A stretch of 64,000 nucleotides of DNA, from assembly GCA_951406725.2 (NCBI GenBank), contig OX597815.1, positions 136,896,001 to 136,960,000 of the forward strand. The letters are read 5' to 3'. Origin of the DNA: Octopus vulgaris. Lineage: Eukaryota. Under the pieces are notes generated by a model. That model was not told the origin of the DNA. It saw only the letters and a program-made list of their open reading frames with translations, and ran no database searches. Positions 1 to 13,339 of this stretch are shown here, piece after piece. Both the position numbers and the translations under genes were made by a program. Each line of letters opens with the position of its first letter. Position 1 is the stretch's first letter.

Positions 1-561
1 GGTACTCATTACAGCACAGTAAACTGCATCGACAAGAAGTTAAATGCTTTGCTTACGCACACAACACACCGCTTGGGCCAGGAATTGAACCAATGACGCT
101 TTGACCCATATCATTATGCCACTCTCTTTCACAAGGAGTTCATTAGTTCAATCTTAATGACTTTGTGCCTCTGTAGTATACTTGATGCTGTTAATTGTTG
201 TGCATAGCTAGTTTCATATTTCATGTTGCTCAGAAGAATGGCAATGGTAGATTTAAAAGTTTTATTTCTATCTATATTTTCTTTTGTTTTTGTATATTTT
301 TTCTAATTTTAGTGCATTTATTAAAATAATAGACATGGTCACTAGGTGACATACATAGTATGAATGTCACGAGTTGGAAAAAGGACAAATTGATATACGA
401 AGTTGCAGAAAAAATTAATTCTGTGCTTTTTGAGCGTATAATGAAACGTTGGGCATGTGCGACACTGCTTCAGTTGAGTCTTGTTAGATTTTTAGAATCG
501 TTATAATGTGCCCCGATTTTCAATCCATTGTATTTAGTGATATTAATATGAGTAATTATAG

Positions 562-770
562 AGCGGCAAGCTGGCAGAATCGTTAGCACGCCGGGCGAAC
601 TACCAAGAGATATTTGGTCTGCCGTTACGTTCTGAGTTGAAATTCTTCCAAGGTCGACTATACCTTTCATCTTTTCGAGGTCAATTAAATAGTACCAGTT
701 ACGTACTAGGGTCGATGTAATCGACTAAAATCCATTTTTCTTGTTTGTCCCTTCTATTATTAGCCATAGA
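562..770 (+). mobile_element. tRNA-derived SINE, family A (GGCGAGCTGGCAGAATCGTTAGC head), degraded type-1 tail
   Basis: A-box-like TGGCAGAATCGTTAG, B-box-like GAGTTGAAATTC, then GGTCGAC...AGTACCAGTTACG...GGGTCGATGTAATCGACT, which recurs at 781, 3798, 44722 and 53058. Confidence 0.85.
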
Positions 771-780
771 GCGGTTGTTA

Positions 781-990
781 AGGCGGCGAGCTGGCAAAAT
801 CGTTAGCATACCAGGAAAAATGCTTAGCAGTATTTCGCCCGGCTTAACTTGTTAAGTTTAATTCCCACCGAGGTTGACTTTGCCCTTCATTCTTTAGGGG
901 TCGATAAAAGAAGTACTAATTCAGCACAGGGGTCGACTTACCACCTCCCCAGAAACTGCAGGCTTTGTGCAAAAAATTAAAACCAATATG
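781..990 (+). mobile_element. SINE family A, type-2 tail (GGCTTTGTGCAAAAAATTAAAACC)
   Basis: Same head and core as the 562 copy, different 3' tail shared with 44722-44920. Confidence 0.85.
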
Positions 991-1994
991 AGTAGTTATT
1001 TTCGTACTTATCTTTCTTGTTCATCTCAAGAATAGCTCTGATTAAACAAATCTAAAGTATTTCAGCCTTGACCACTACATCATTATCTTTACTGAAGATC
1101 ATAGCCGTACCTAGAGATTTGCTACTTCTTTTGTTAGTATGAGTAAGTAAAAATATTGCAGGTTTGTTATAATTGCTTAGATCCCGAAGCATTTTCGCAG
1201 TAGCTCTAAGAATTATAAGGCCATGGTGCCCTTGAGTTATCGTTTGATTTTCAGTCAATACTATTTGGTAGAGACAGAGATCAGAACATGTTGGAAAATG
1301 GCTAACTGGAATATTGAGTTTCTGTTATTGTGTGTTTGATCGCGCAAGCGTGTATTATGTATGATTTGAGATTGATTTTGAGATTGATTTTGAAGAGATA
1401 TGTCGTGTAATCGAATAGCGAGAATGAGTAATGTGATAATTGTCATGACCGTTACTGACAGTGCAGTATACATTTTATATAGTGTATTGCTGCTAATTTG
1501 GTGTTCATATAGAATATAGTGACTGGACAACTTTCTAACATTTTACTTTTACTTCCTGGTGTCATATTAATTCCTTGTTTAGGGGTTGAATGGAGAGTTT
1601 TATTTCTATTGTGTAATATATTTTTTATTGAGTTTCTGATGTGTTTGGCTCTGTTGATATCACCGATCCATTGACCTGCTATCATTGATCCCATTGACCT
1701 AGGTATGATGCAACAAAGATTGCATTATCTCATGTGCTCTTCTTTACTAAGATGGCGACGACAATGGAGAAGAACTCTCATTGGTTGCTTCCCCATTACA
1801 CTGTGTAACATTTTTATTCTTGCCTTTGGTCAGTAAGTGTTATTTCCTATTTCCTTCCGTCTAGAAATCAAAACAAATGGCTACTATTCCCTTCAAACTT
1901 TCCTTTTTTGACGTGGGCATCAATGTTTTGAAACTGACCTATTTTCTATTATATTCCAGACAGATTCAACGTTGAGTTGCTGAAGCAGAAATAT

Positions 1995-2125
1995 CGTTAT
2001 AGCAAATATTCTGCTTAATAAAACAGATTGGCTTCTCAGTTACTTGATATTAACCACTTAAGCATGTTTCTTAGTGACTGACAACATATGCACCTGTGAT
2101 CATGAGCAGGAGTAGGGGGTGGGAT
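1995..2125. repeat. Degraded inverted fragment of the (AAT)n-associated repeat at 6722-7285
   Basis: AGCAAATATTCTGCT...GATCATGAGCAGGAGTAGGGGG is the reverse complement of about 7055-7180. Confidence 0.7.
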
Positions 2126-3029
2126 ATCGTAGTCATTTGTTGATAGGGCTTTTTGGGGAGTTGAATAATTGTATCAAAAGCAAAGTTTGTAGGAAATATT
2201 AGACGTTTTTCATACTTTCTAGGGTAAGCAAAGAGGAAATGATAGTTGCTACGCAAGGATAATAAGCATGTTACGCAGTATTATTATTTCGGTTATTACA
2301 ATTATGTAATTGGAGTTGCATTATTTTTTAATTCATTTTAGAATATGTTTATTGACTATTTCTATCACAGTGCTCCTTAATTCTGTGTCCTGATAGGAAT
2401 GTTTTCATTGGGGTTGTTTTATATTTATTTCTTTTTTTCTCATATTCAACGATGTAAGTGCAACTTGTGATGCGGATAAACTAGATAGTCAGAGAAGAAT
2501 TGTAGAGTTTGTACCATGCTGGTTCGGCAATTGTACAAACCAGGAAGTAATGTTTAGAAACGAGCTAAAATAGTGAAGCATTTTGTATGATGGTGTTTAA
2601 AATATGGATTGCAATTTTAATTTTTGAGCTTTTTATGTTTCCCCCAGTATTGTTACCATTACTTTTGCACCGGCAATCTCAACAACATTGGAGTTTTGTA
2701 TTAATGTAACATAGCTGTGTTGTGTTATCAACTGAAGTGATTCTTGATATTGCAGATAACTTGCATCTATTCATTATGCATATTTGGTGTTGGCCTTCTA
2801 TTGACTAATAATAATAATTCGTTAAATCTTTTGCACCTTGTGTAATGCACTATTGTAACGGGATTACGTAATAAAATGTCATTTTTCTTTGATCATTTGC
2901 TGCCTATGACTGGTACATTAGTCCAACAATCGATACAGGCGGAGTTTTAAATGTGAACGTGATGAGCTGTAACTAACACTGCAACGTACTATGTATGATG
3001 CTACAACAATTCTGCCACCATCTTAATAA

Positions 3030-3450
3030 TAATAGTTCCAAATTTTGTCTCAATTCCAGTAATTTTAGTACGAGGAGATTAGTCGATTACATCGATACTC
3101 CCACCAGAACTCGACTAGAACTTATTTTATCGATCCCGAGAGAAGGAAAAGCAAAGTCCAGTTCAGCGGAATTTGAACTCAGACCGTAAATTTTGCTCGA
3201 CGTGCTAACGATTCTTTCAGCTCACCACCTTCCCATGGTTTCAAATTTTGGCAGAGGTTAACACTTTGGTGTGGACATGCGCATGTCGACAACGTCGACC
3301 CCGTACGCGACAGCTGCTTCATTTTATTGACTCCGGGAGAATGAAGAGCTAAGTTCACTTCAGCGGGATTTGAACTCTGGACTTAAAGAGCGGTTGCAAA
3401 TAAGGATTTTGAGTGACGCGCTGACGATTCCGTCAGCTCACTGCCTCAAT
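3030..3450 (-). mobile_element. Two degraded SINE family A copies
   Basis: GGAATTTGAACTCAGA, CGTGCTAACGATTC...CAGCTCACC; second copy GGATTTGAACTCTG...GACGATTCCGTCAGCTCAC. Confidence 0.7.
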
Positions 3451-3797
3451 AATGTTACTAATAATAATCTTACCTACAATAGGCACAAAATCTGCCCATG
3501 GAAATTCCACAAATCCAAGCTCATCCTGACCACTACAGCAAGTTCCCTTTTCCCATTCTCCTCCCCCAATCTACTGGTTCATGCTCGGAACGGGTCTGTT
3601 TACGCGAACTATCTTTACCACTCTCATCCACTTTTTCAACAAATTTGTTGAAAGACAGCATTTCACATTTCAAGCTCACTTTCCATTTCAAAGGGAACTT
3701 GAAAAAGTCGATGAGGGCTTGACCAAAGAAGAAGGAGTCAGTCTTTAGCTCTTGAATCTGCTTTAGGGCACAACCTGTTTTTCTACGGCTAACAGAT

Positions 3798-4022
3798 ATA
3801 TTTCTTTACTACCCACAAGGGGCTAAACATAGGGGGGACAAACAAAGGGATTAAGTCGATTACATCGACCCCAGAACGTAACTGGTACTTATTTTATCGA
3901 CCCCGAAAGGATGAAAGGCAAAGTCGACCTCGGCGGAATTTGAACCCAGAACACGTAACGGCAGACGAAATACGGCTACGCATTTCGCCCGACGTGCTAA
4001 CGATGCTGCCAGCTCGCCGCCT
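3798..4022 (-). mobile_element. SINE family A, well preserved, type-1 tail
   Basis: Reverse complement runs GGCGGCGAGCTGGCAG...GGGTTCAAATTCCGCCGAGGTCGAC...TTTAGCCCCTTGTGGGTAGTAAAGAAATA. Confidence 0.9.
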
Positions 4023-5156
4023 TTTTAAACAGATAGTGAAAGATAACCTGTTAGATAACAGCTGTTCTTCCCAGTCAAAGAAAACCGGCTGAAATATCTT
4101 CACAATGTAGAGCGAATTGCCGGATCTATTCTACACGCAATAGCAGGTGTTCGGTGTAACTCAGTTATCTTGAATCGACAATGCCCACCACCCACGTAAA
4201 ACAGCCAGGTCAGAGATTTTCCTTATCCATGGATCCGACATGAAATCCCTCCGAAACTGGCCACCTTGTTGATTCTCGCCGACGCCAAGGGTCACCCTGA
4301 GAATGTCCTTGCTCTCAACTAACCATTCATAGAACGCCAAAGTAGAATTTCCACCAGTTGCGTTACTCGACTGCCTGGGAGGTGTGATGACACCCTAGAT
4401 ACCAAGCAACCTGCCATGGTCTACGCTTAAGCCAACACTATAGACATGTCAGATGTGCGAGATGTTTAACGTCAACCACACATTGTTGCCGTCAAGGAAG
4501 CGCTAACGATGTCACACCTTCAGTGCATTGTAATGCCCGTCTGTCAATGCATGCCCAGTCAGCCACTGCATGCCCAGTCCGCCACTCAGCACATGTTGAA
4601 ACCTTATCCGCAAAAGTGAAAGAGCTGAACTGAGCGAGCGCTTACATCGACTCCGTCATACATTACCACCTAACAGTCGTGCTTCGCTCCGACTGTTTAA
4701 CAGTTCTGCCAGTCGGCTTGCCATCTTACTACCGCTAGATAATAACAATAATGATTTTTTCTTTACGTAGTCCAAATAAACGAGAGGGAGAATTTTACTG
4801 GATTTAAATCAAGCGCAAAACTTAACTAGTGCTTTATTCTGCCGATCACAAATGAACGAAAAAGAACGTGGAAATCATAAAGATTTGAACTTAGAAGGCA
4901 AAGGAAGAAGCAACAAATATTTTTAAAAAGTAGACCGAATAACACTGTCTGAATCTCTATTGAATCTACCAAATTGTTGCCGATTGTATCATTCGCAATA
5001 ATTTCTGACATACGACAATGTCAAACTATTGTATCGAATACTCGATATCATATATTTTCATGGTTTTTAAAATATGAAAATGGCATCATACACATACACA
5101 TGCGCGCGAACACGCACAGATACACACATACATCAGTGTTTGTAGTTTACAATATA

Positions 5157-5598
<442 letters not shown>

Positions 5599-5937
5599 CA
5601 ACTCCCTTCTTTTCAATATCACCTCACCATTTCCTTTCTTTTACTCTACAATGTCGACACGTTTCCTGTCAAGTGTTATAGGGATTGGAACAATTTTTCG
5701 TAACTCTTAAGACTTCGCAACGCAACTGTTTCCTTAAATTGTTGCAACAGTGAGACATGCAACCGTATCGTATTCACTCGATATGCGGTCAGCCTTCATT
5801 TCTATCAATACGTACTTCCGTTTCCTTTCTGTTACTATTAATATGAAATGGAGAAGAGAACTAAATCATTTATTTCTTTATTATATTCACTAGTATGCAT
5901 ATACACATACATTATGGTTATATGTAATTATGGTTAC

Positions 5938-5987
<50 letters not shown>

Positions 5988-6144
5988 TGTAGATATATAT
6001 ACATATGGATATTCATATATATATAGATATGTATATGTATAGATATGCATATATATATATTTTGGGTTATCTATGTGTGCATATAAATGTACATATCTGT
6101 GCGTATATATACATTCAAATATACATATATGTAAATATGCATAC

Positions 6145-6212
<68 letters not shown>

Positions 6213-6650
6213 TCTATACATATAATATTCGAGAATGCAACTAAGCTGAATGAGAAGAAAACATGAATGTAAAGGTGATTATACTTACGATCCGATTTCT
6301 GTAGTTTCATTTGTGTGTCTTCCTTAATCAATGAGAAGTATCCTGCATTTCATCATTTGTTCCTTGCCCTAATAAATGGCTTCACGTATATTGTAAGAAG
6401 GAGAATGTGATGGTATGATAGCCATGCCTTTCTTAATAGTATTATGAATGGTGGGGTTATGATATTAACAGGTTAGACACAAATATCTCGAAAAAGCAGA
6501 ATAGCTACAGCGCCGGACTCGATTTACCGCTGCATCTCGAGTTCCTACATAGACTTAAGACACCCTTTTCCTGTATTTGTATTCATGCATAGATGTATTT
6601 GCAAGTATATATGTGTGTCTATGCATGAATTTGAGTGTTTACCTGTGCAT

Positions 6651-6681
<31 letters not shown>

Positions 6682-6721
6682 ACGTATAACGTATATGTCA
6701 ATGATTTTATTATTATTATTA

Positions 6722-7285
6722 TCATTGAATGAGAGAGCAGTACATGCCATCAAAGTGACACTGGGGTAAAATATACGAAGCCCAGCATCCCTATCATGAC
6801 TACTCGTCTGATAAGGGTACACCAGGCACATACATCACGACCATATGCGCGCGACATGGTCATCTCATATCAACATAAACAGCACATGACCTTGCAGGTG
6901 GGGCCCAGTTAGAATTTTCTTCTGGTCGACTAACCTACCCCGCTCAACAGGTCTCTGAATAAGGGTTATTTAAGGATGTTGAACGAAACACCCATGTTTC
7001 CAGAGGTGAATTATTCAAACCCGAAAGAATCCCTCTCAACACATGGCTATGATGCTCCCCAGTACTTCTGCTCATGATCACAGATGCGCATTTTGTCAGC
7101 TACTAAGGGACATGCTCAACTGGTTAAGGTCAAACAACTGACAAGCAAATCTGTGGTATTGAGCAGAATATTTGCTGTAGCCCATCTTTTAGACCAAGAC
7201 AAAACAAAGTACATGGATAACACTTCCAATCATTTGAGATCAGAAGCCATGAGAGCCACTGCCTGGTACTGCATCAGGGCATTTA
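6722..7285 (-). mobile_element. Non-coding interspersed repeat ending in an (AAT)n run; possibly a non-autonomous partner of R4/Dong
   Basis: Homologous to 62330-62790 and 1995-2125; abuts (ATT)n at 6707-6721; no ORF recognised; strand inferred from the tail. Confidence 0.65.
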
Positions 7286-7315
7286 TGGTACTGCATCGGG
7301 GCATTGGTACTGCAA

Positions 7316-8100
7316 TGGTTGCTCACCAAAGAATGTCCAGACGGCGGAGGAGGGTAGCGACTCCCCGCGTCTGTCGAAGCAGCCCCCTGTTCCCGCAGCC
7401 TCAAAAAGAATGAGGAAAAAGAGGAGCAGAGGACAGTCAGCGGATGTTCCTGGGCCGTAGACGGAGCCGCAGGTGGGATATGTGCCACCTGCGGATAGGG
7501 CTCCGTCAGTGGGAAGTGTGCCGCTGACGGAGCAGTTTGAGGTCCCTTCCTGTGAAGAGGAGGTGTTTCTCCTCCTTTACCAAGAGGGAGGGACGATGAA
7601 AAAATTTTTGGACGGCTTGGGTGATCGAGAACGTGCGTACTGGCTCTGCCCAAGTAGTCTGATATAGCCTCCGCAGGTGGATGCGGAGGTAGTAACGGAA
7701 ATATTTTGTCAAAGGTCACAGCGACCTTTGACCAGAAAGAATTTGCTTTCCTCTTTGCAGGCCCCGAATTGTTGTTGCAGAGTTGTCTGCAGGCGGCAAG
7801 TCACATTGCTTGGGGGACCTGACAAGGAGAATTGCTGTAAATCTATGTGCTACCCTTGTGGCAAATTAAATGAAATAAAGTAGCTTGTAAGAGGTTTTAG
7901 TGCCTCCTTCTTGTAAGAGGTTTGAAACCTTATATTGATTTTTAAAAAAAGAAAATGTTTTCGAGAGAAATCCAATCGGCGGGTGTTGGGTTTCGTCTCT
8001 CATTTATTCATTTTATTTAATTTTCATTCATTAATTTGTTTGTCCAGCCCGCAAAGCTACACAATCTTTGTACTGTCTATATGACAAATTTTATGAAACA
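7316..8100 (+). mobile_element. SINE-targeting ORF1-only retroelement, unit U1 (5'-truncated)
   Basis: Homologous to the 3' half of U4 (GGGATATGTGCCACC, CCTCCGCAGGTGGATGC) with the shared 3'UTR CAGCCCGCAAAGCTACAC...ATGAAA; followed by ATGTAGCTTGCTTAC at 8101-8115. Confidence 0.75.
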
Positions 8101-8115
8101 ATGTAGCTTGCTTAC

Positions 8116-9575
8116 GCATGCCTGTTTGTTAGTTGCTTATTGGATTGAACACTGTCAAGACGTGCGTTGGTGGCCGTCTTAAATCGAAGAACTGTTGAAA
8201 AGGCGCGAGTGCAAGGTAGGCACTTGTTTGAGGGGGGGCGGATTTCGTTAGGGATTTTGTTGTTTGATATTTTTTTCTTTTTTCAAATAAGTCCTCACTG
8301 GGTCTCGAACATTTGTATGCTGCAGTCGCGCTGAGTAACTCACCGGTGATAATTGTTTTCTTTTGGTGGGCGTATCTCGCAACCAAAATTTGAAAAGTTT
8401 ATAAAAATTCGACCTGCTACGGTGAACTGGATTACCTGTGTGAAGCAATATTATGGCGGATTACCTGTTGATTATTTGCTGATTACCTGTGGATTATTTG
8501 CAGATTACCTGCGGACCCGGATTACCTATGTGGCGGAATTGTGTTGCCGTAATGGAACTGTCTTCTGTTCTGTCTTTCTGTTCTTTGTGTTTCTTTGGAC
8601 TTTTATTTGAATATTTTGAACTTTTTGTTGAACATTTTCCTGTGTTTTTCTCTTGCAGAGCATGGCAAAAAATAAAAACACTGTCTTGGAGTGGGAAATT
8701 GTACCCTTCAAGCAGTGGGTAAAGGACCTTAATGAGAGAACGGTGGTGTTGAGGACATATTCCATGTCCCTCGACACCATCACTGTGTTCTCTCAAGTAG
8801 ATATTGAGAAGGAGTTGGCAGAATACCTGCCAACCATAAAGTTTATTGCAATTTGTCAAATATACAACAGTGTAGTTGCTATTTGATAGAACTGATGAGG
8901 CTCGCATTTTTGCGAGCCAGCCTCTGGAAGGGGAGAAAATTCTGTTTCTGCCCCCATATCGTGGGAGGAAATTAACAAGAATTTAGGGGTGTGTGCTGCC
9001 ACCCGGAGTAGAGCCCGAGTGGATAGAGGACACTATCCGCTGAGGTCTGGGTGGTAGCGGAGCCAAGCTCTTGAATGTTAAAATGATGCCTGCGGGTGAT
9101 TGGGTGGGGTCAAAAGCAGTTTTGAACCTGTAGACCCAATGAGCCGATGATCTGGTGTTCCTTTTTCTTTTTGGGGATGGCCGGGTACAGGTATCCAGTG
9201 ATCCTTGAGGGACGTCCTCCCCGAAGTGTCATCAGTGCCCGGTGCCTAGACAGAAGAACTGTCCCAAGGACCAGAGCAGGGTCCTGGAGCAGTTAGTTGT
9301 GGAAGAACCCCCTCCTCCTTCCGGAGGAGAGATGGAGGAAGAGAGTGACCTCCCAGTAAAAAAAGGGAGAAAAAGGAACAAGGGGAGCAACATTTTGGCT
9401 TTTTAAAAAACAACAATGTATTAGAGAAGCAAAATTCGGCAGGCGTTTTTCTCTTCTCCCATCAATATCCTGTTTTTTTTTCAACTGTTTTTTTTTCCTT
9501 ATTCATCTCATTAATGTTTCTGTCAAGCCCGCAAGCTACTCTTTGTAATGCCGTCAGGGCAAATTTGATGAAATA
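8116..9575 (+). mobile_element. SINE-targeting ORF1-only retroelement, unit U2
   Basis: Bounded by the 15-mer at 8101-8115 and 9576-9590; decayed ORF1; ends GAAATA directly into the SINE B sequence. Confidence 0.85.
8662..9275 (+). pseudogene. Disrupted L1/Tx1-like ORF1 (RRM-like region plus degenerate zinc knuckle)
   Basis: MAKNKNTVLEWEIVPFKQWVKDLNERTVVLRTYS...; PYRGRKLTRI..LPPGVEPEWI; YPVILEGRPP/KCHQC...KNCP; contains stops and frameshifts. Confidence 0.65.
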
Positions 9576-9739
9576 AAGTAGCTTGCTTACCAACAACGTG
9601 GCTCCGGGTTCAGTCCTACTGCGTGGCACCTTGGGCAAGTGTCTTCTACTATAGCCTAAGGCTGACCAAAGCCTTGTAAGTGGATTTGGTAGACGGAAAC
9701 TGGATGAAGCCCGTCGTATATATGTATATATATATATGA

Positions 9740-9780
<41 letters not shown>

Positions 9781-10000
9781 AATGTGTATGTATAAGTTTG
9801 TGTCTCTGTATGTCCCCCAGCATCGCTTGACACCCGATGCTGGTGTGTTTACGTCCCCGTAACTTAGCGGTTCGGCAAAAGAGACTGATAGAATATGTAC
9901 TAGGCTTACAAAGAATAAGCTCTGGGTCCGTTTTGCTCGACTATAAAAGACCGTGCTCCAGTATGTCCGCAGTCAAATGACTGAAAGTAATAGAGAGAGA
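9576..10000 (+). mobile_element. SINE family B, 3' remainder after the insertion site
   Basis: B box GGTTCAGTCC, TTGGGCAAGTGTCTT core, internal TA/TG tract, CAGTCAAATGACTGAAA tail; lacks the A-box part. Confidence 0.9.
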
Positions 10001-10346
10001 GTAAATATATGTTAATGTCCACTAGTGGCACAGAGAGACACGTTGTGGAGAGTGTAAATAGACCCCAGGACAAGATAGGTATATTATTTTATAGACTGGC
10101 CAACTACGTCTAAGGGATATTTAATCAGAAAATTATAATAAAATTGGTAGTAATTTATATTAAAACCCAATTCTTTCGGGATGTTGAAGTTGTGTATTCG
10201 TTTTAAACGGCAAGAATAATTAGCAGAGACGTATCTAACTAAAAGGACAAAAGTCAATTTCCTCGGGATTTGAACTCTTAATGAAGAGCATCATGTAAAA
10301 ATAGGAAAAGGATTTCTCTTTAAACTACTCCTTCTGTCCTCCTTTA

Positions 10347-10369
10347 TCCGTATATATATATAAGGCAAG

Positions 10370-10414
<45 letters not shown>

Positions 10415-11470
10415 TGATTGTAGTTTATGCACATCCACAAATTAGCACGCATATCGCTCAAATTTTAGGAGGACATTCGTCAACTTCGTATCTGGGTTTT
10501 GTTAACTTATTTTTTTCCCGAGGCACCCGCGGGTAGTGGTAAAAATCTATTTTCAGCCATAGCTTTTAGCGGTAAAAATCTATTTTCAGCCTTTTGACGG
10601 CGTCTAACAAAAAGAAAACAAAATAAAGAAAAGTGGAAGAGAGGCAGGGAGTTTCACGGGAAAGACAAACTGAGAGAGAGAGAGAGAGAGAGAGTAAGTG
10701 ACGACGTTCATAAAAAATAAATGTAAAATGTTTTGTTTTTCTTAAACACGAGATATAATGTTCAGATTCAGGTTTTTTTGAAAGACACTATATTTTATAA
10801 TCATAGTATATATACTTTCTCACACAACAATTACAATATTTTTTAAAATCATTTATTTATTTTAAATTGTTCATCTTTCTCCCCCTCTCTCTCACACACA
10901 CATTACTTTGGGTGCGAAAGAGTTTTTTTTTATTTTACGCCGAGTAAAAAAAATCGTTTTTTTGAGAATCCATTTATTTAACAACAAAGAAGTAAGTGAC
11001 AATTTGTCAGTGAATTACACAATATAAATGGGTACAATTCCCGAGGCTTCCACTACACCCCACTCAGTTTCACGGACATAAAAAGGGGTTTTCTAGCATA
11101 TTAGGAGGCCAGAGTAGTTGATTCCACGCAAAACAAAAAACGATTTTTATTTCTTAATGAAAAGCATGCAAGTGTTAATCTACAAATTTAACAAAATTTT
11201 TTCCATTCATTTCTGTTTATGAACATGTGTGCATGCACAAAACATGCAATAGGTGTACGTACGTACGTATGTGTATGTGTGTTCGCGTCTGTTGCCCATA
11301 TATATTTATATTATATGATATTATATATATATAATATATATAATATAACCAATTTCAACGGATTTCGCCCAAATTTGACGTCGATATTACTTAGTTTGTT
11401 TTGAAATAAAGAACTTGATTAGCTTAATAATCGTAACTTAATCCCGGGCAAGGCCGGGTTATACCGCTAG
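10347..11470 (+). mobile_element. Non-autonomous Helitron
   Basis: A|TC 5' end followed by TATATATAAGGC and (TG)n; 3' hairpin CCCGG-gcaagg-CCGGG (11443-11458) then CTAG|T. Confidence 0.8.
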
Positions 11471-12519
11471 TCATCAATATGGAGCACTGTTAATTTAGAC
11501 ACGTGTTTCCTCTATATTTTTCTCTTTATATCTGTTTCCTCTCCTCATTTCCCTCTGTAGAAGATCGTAGAATCGAAACTTCAAAAGCATATTTCTTCTG
11601 AGCCCTGTTTGTCTTTTTCCCTGCATGTTTTTGTTCTTTGTTTGTGATTAATTTGAAACCTCTATCCTACCTACATAACCATACTGATTTCAAATATTGG
11701 TAAAAATCATACAATTTGATATACTTTCATTAATTCAACAAAAGTACTTTTCTGATGCAATATCAGATATATAAATAAAATAAAAGTTGATTTTGAATAG
11801 ATTTGAACTCGGAAGAGATACATTTTATCCAAACCATTGCAGGTTATTTTCTCACAAAGTTTATGGCTTCTGCCACACCAACTTCAATACCACAACGACG
11901 ACGACCTAAATGTTGAGAATAATATTTTCATCTGTTACAACGTATAAAATCGCAGGAGCAGAAACTAAAATATCACCTAAGAAAACCATAGGAAACAATA
12001 TAATTACAATACAACCACCTCAATGCAGCAAACGCATTCGTCGACAGATTTGCTTAGAAATTCTATTTGATATCTGCCAGTCATTCTTAAAGTGACTGAA
12101 CCATTTTAAACTAAAAGTTTTATTAAAACTATATTTTCTTATATTCAATATATTCAGTGACCGAATAATTTTGTGTTTCTGCGAAAGGAAATGTTGAATA
12201 TATGAAAAATGAAAATTGATACATACTTGACTATTGTTATTATGATAATGCTTAATATTTATAGCTCATGTTAAAAAGTGCAAGTATCCATACAGTTGTA
12301 TAAGCATTCCAATTGTTTTTTTTTTTTTTTTTATATTTCACACTCTCCCATATATATAACTGAAATTGTTCTGAGTCTCTATGAATACAAGGTTTTATTG
12401 TCTCATTTTCCTCTCATTTACACGTCTTCTCCATACCTCTCTCTGTACGCAAACATTCATGTTTGTTTTTATGTTTATTTATGATGGTTTCGGATTTTGA
12501 CAGAAGACCAGACATATTT

Positions 12520-12620
12520 AGGGGAAAGGACGAAAGGCACAGTTCAACCTCGGCAGAATTTGAACTCAGAACGTTAAGACGGACGAAATTCCATTAAGCA
12601 TTCTACCAGCTGGCCGCCTT
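12520..12620 (-). mobile_element. SINE family A fragment
   Basis: CCTCGGCAGAATTTGAACTCAGAACGTTAAGACGGACGAAAT. Confidence 0.75.
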
Positions 12621-12929
12621 ATATTTATTTATAATAGAAACAATTTTACATTAACAAGATGGGTTATTCTGTACTTTTGGCGAGTACAAATTTATTATTC
12701 TTAAAAAAGAACTAAAGAAGCAGTCTTTGGACTGCCGTCCGACGATCGCTTGACTGCCACATCACATTAAGTATGCATTTTTACACTGACTAGAATGGCA
12801 AGAGGATCTAAGGACTTATTGAAATAATCTCTTGATAAGGTGCATTTTACACCTTGATTGCATGCTAATGAATGCACAATTCATCGATACACTACGCACC
12901 AAATGTCAATTGCTAAAAAGCATTCGTGA

Positions 12930-13033
12930 AGTAAAATCATGTAGCAACACCGAATGGCGGTGCCTCAGCATGGTCACAGCTCGTGAGCTGAAACTAGATA
13001 AAATAAAATAAAATAAATAAAATAAATAAAATA
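12930..13033 (+). mobile_element. Retroposon 3' end with (AAAAT)n tail, related to the SINE B tail
   Basis: GGCGGTGCCTCAGCATGGTCACAGCTC...CTGAAACTAGA plus A-rich repeat. Confidence 0.55.
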
Positions 13034-13294
13034 TCAAAACAATTGGTCTGGTTTAAAGTAAAGAATGTCGTTCATTCCATTTGTTATCCTTTATCTATTT
13101 ATATAAACTGTAGGGATATTATGGATTTCCCGATGTGTATATCCAGTAACAAGAGCATTTCTATTGCATGATGACATCAGATAACCAATGAATGTGGACC
13201 AACTTTGCCTAGCATTCTACAAGGCTTTTCCCTGCATTTTATTTAAACATATATTATACACATATATACACATACATGCATACATACAGACAAT

Positions 13295-13339
<45 letters not shown>

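Noticed and set aside
1745-1840. AAGATGGCG start-like motif with a downstream GTAAGT
   Set aside because: The ORF stops after 18 codons and there is no other support
8560-8664. Polypyrimidine tract plus AG just before the U2 ORF1 ATG
   Set aside because: The AG is not conserved at the equivalent position in U3
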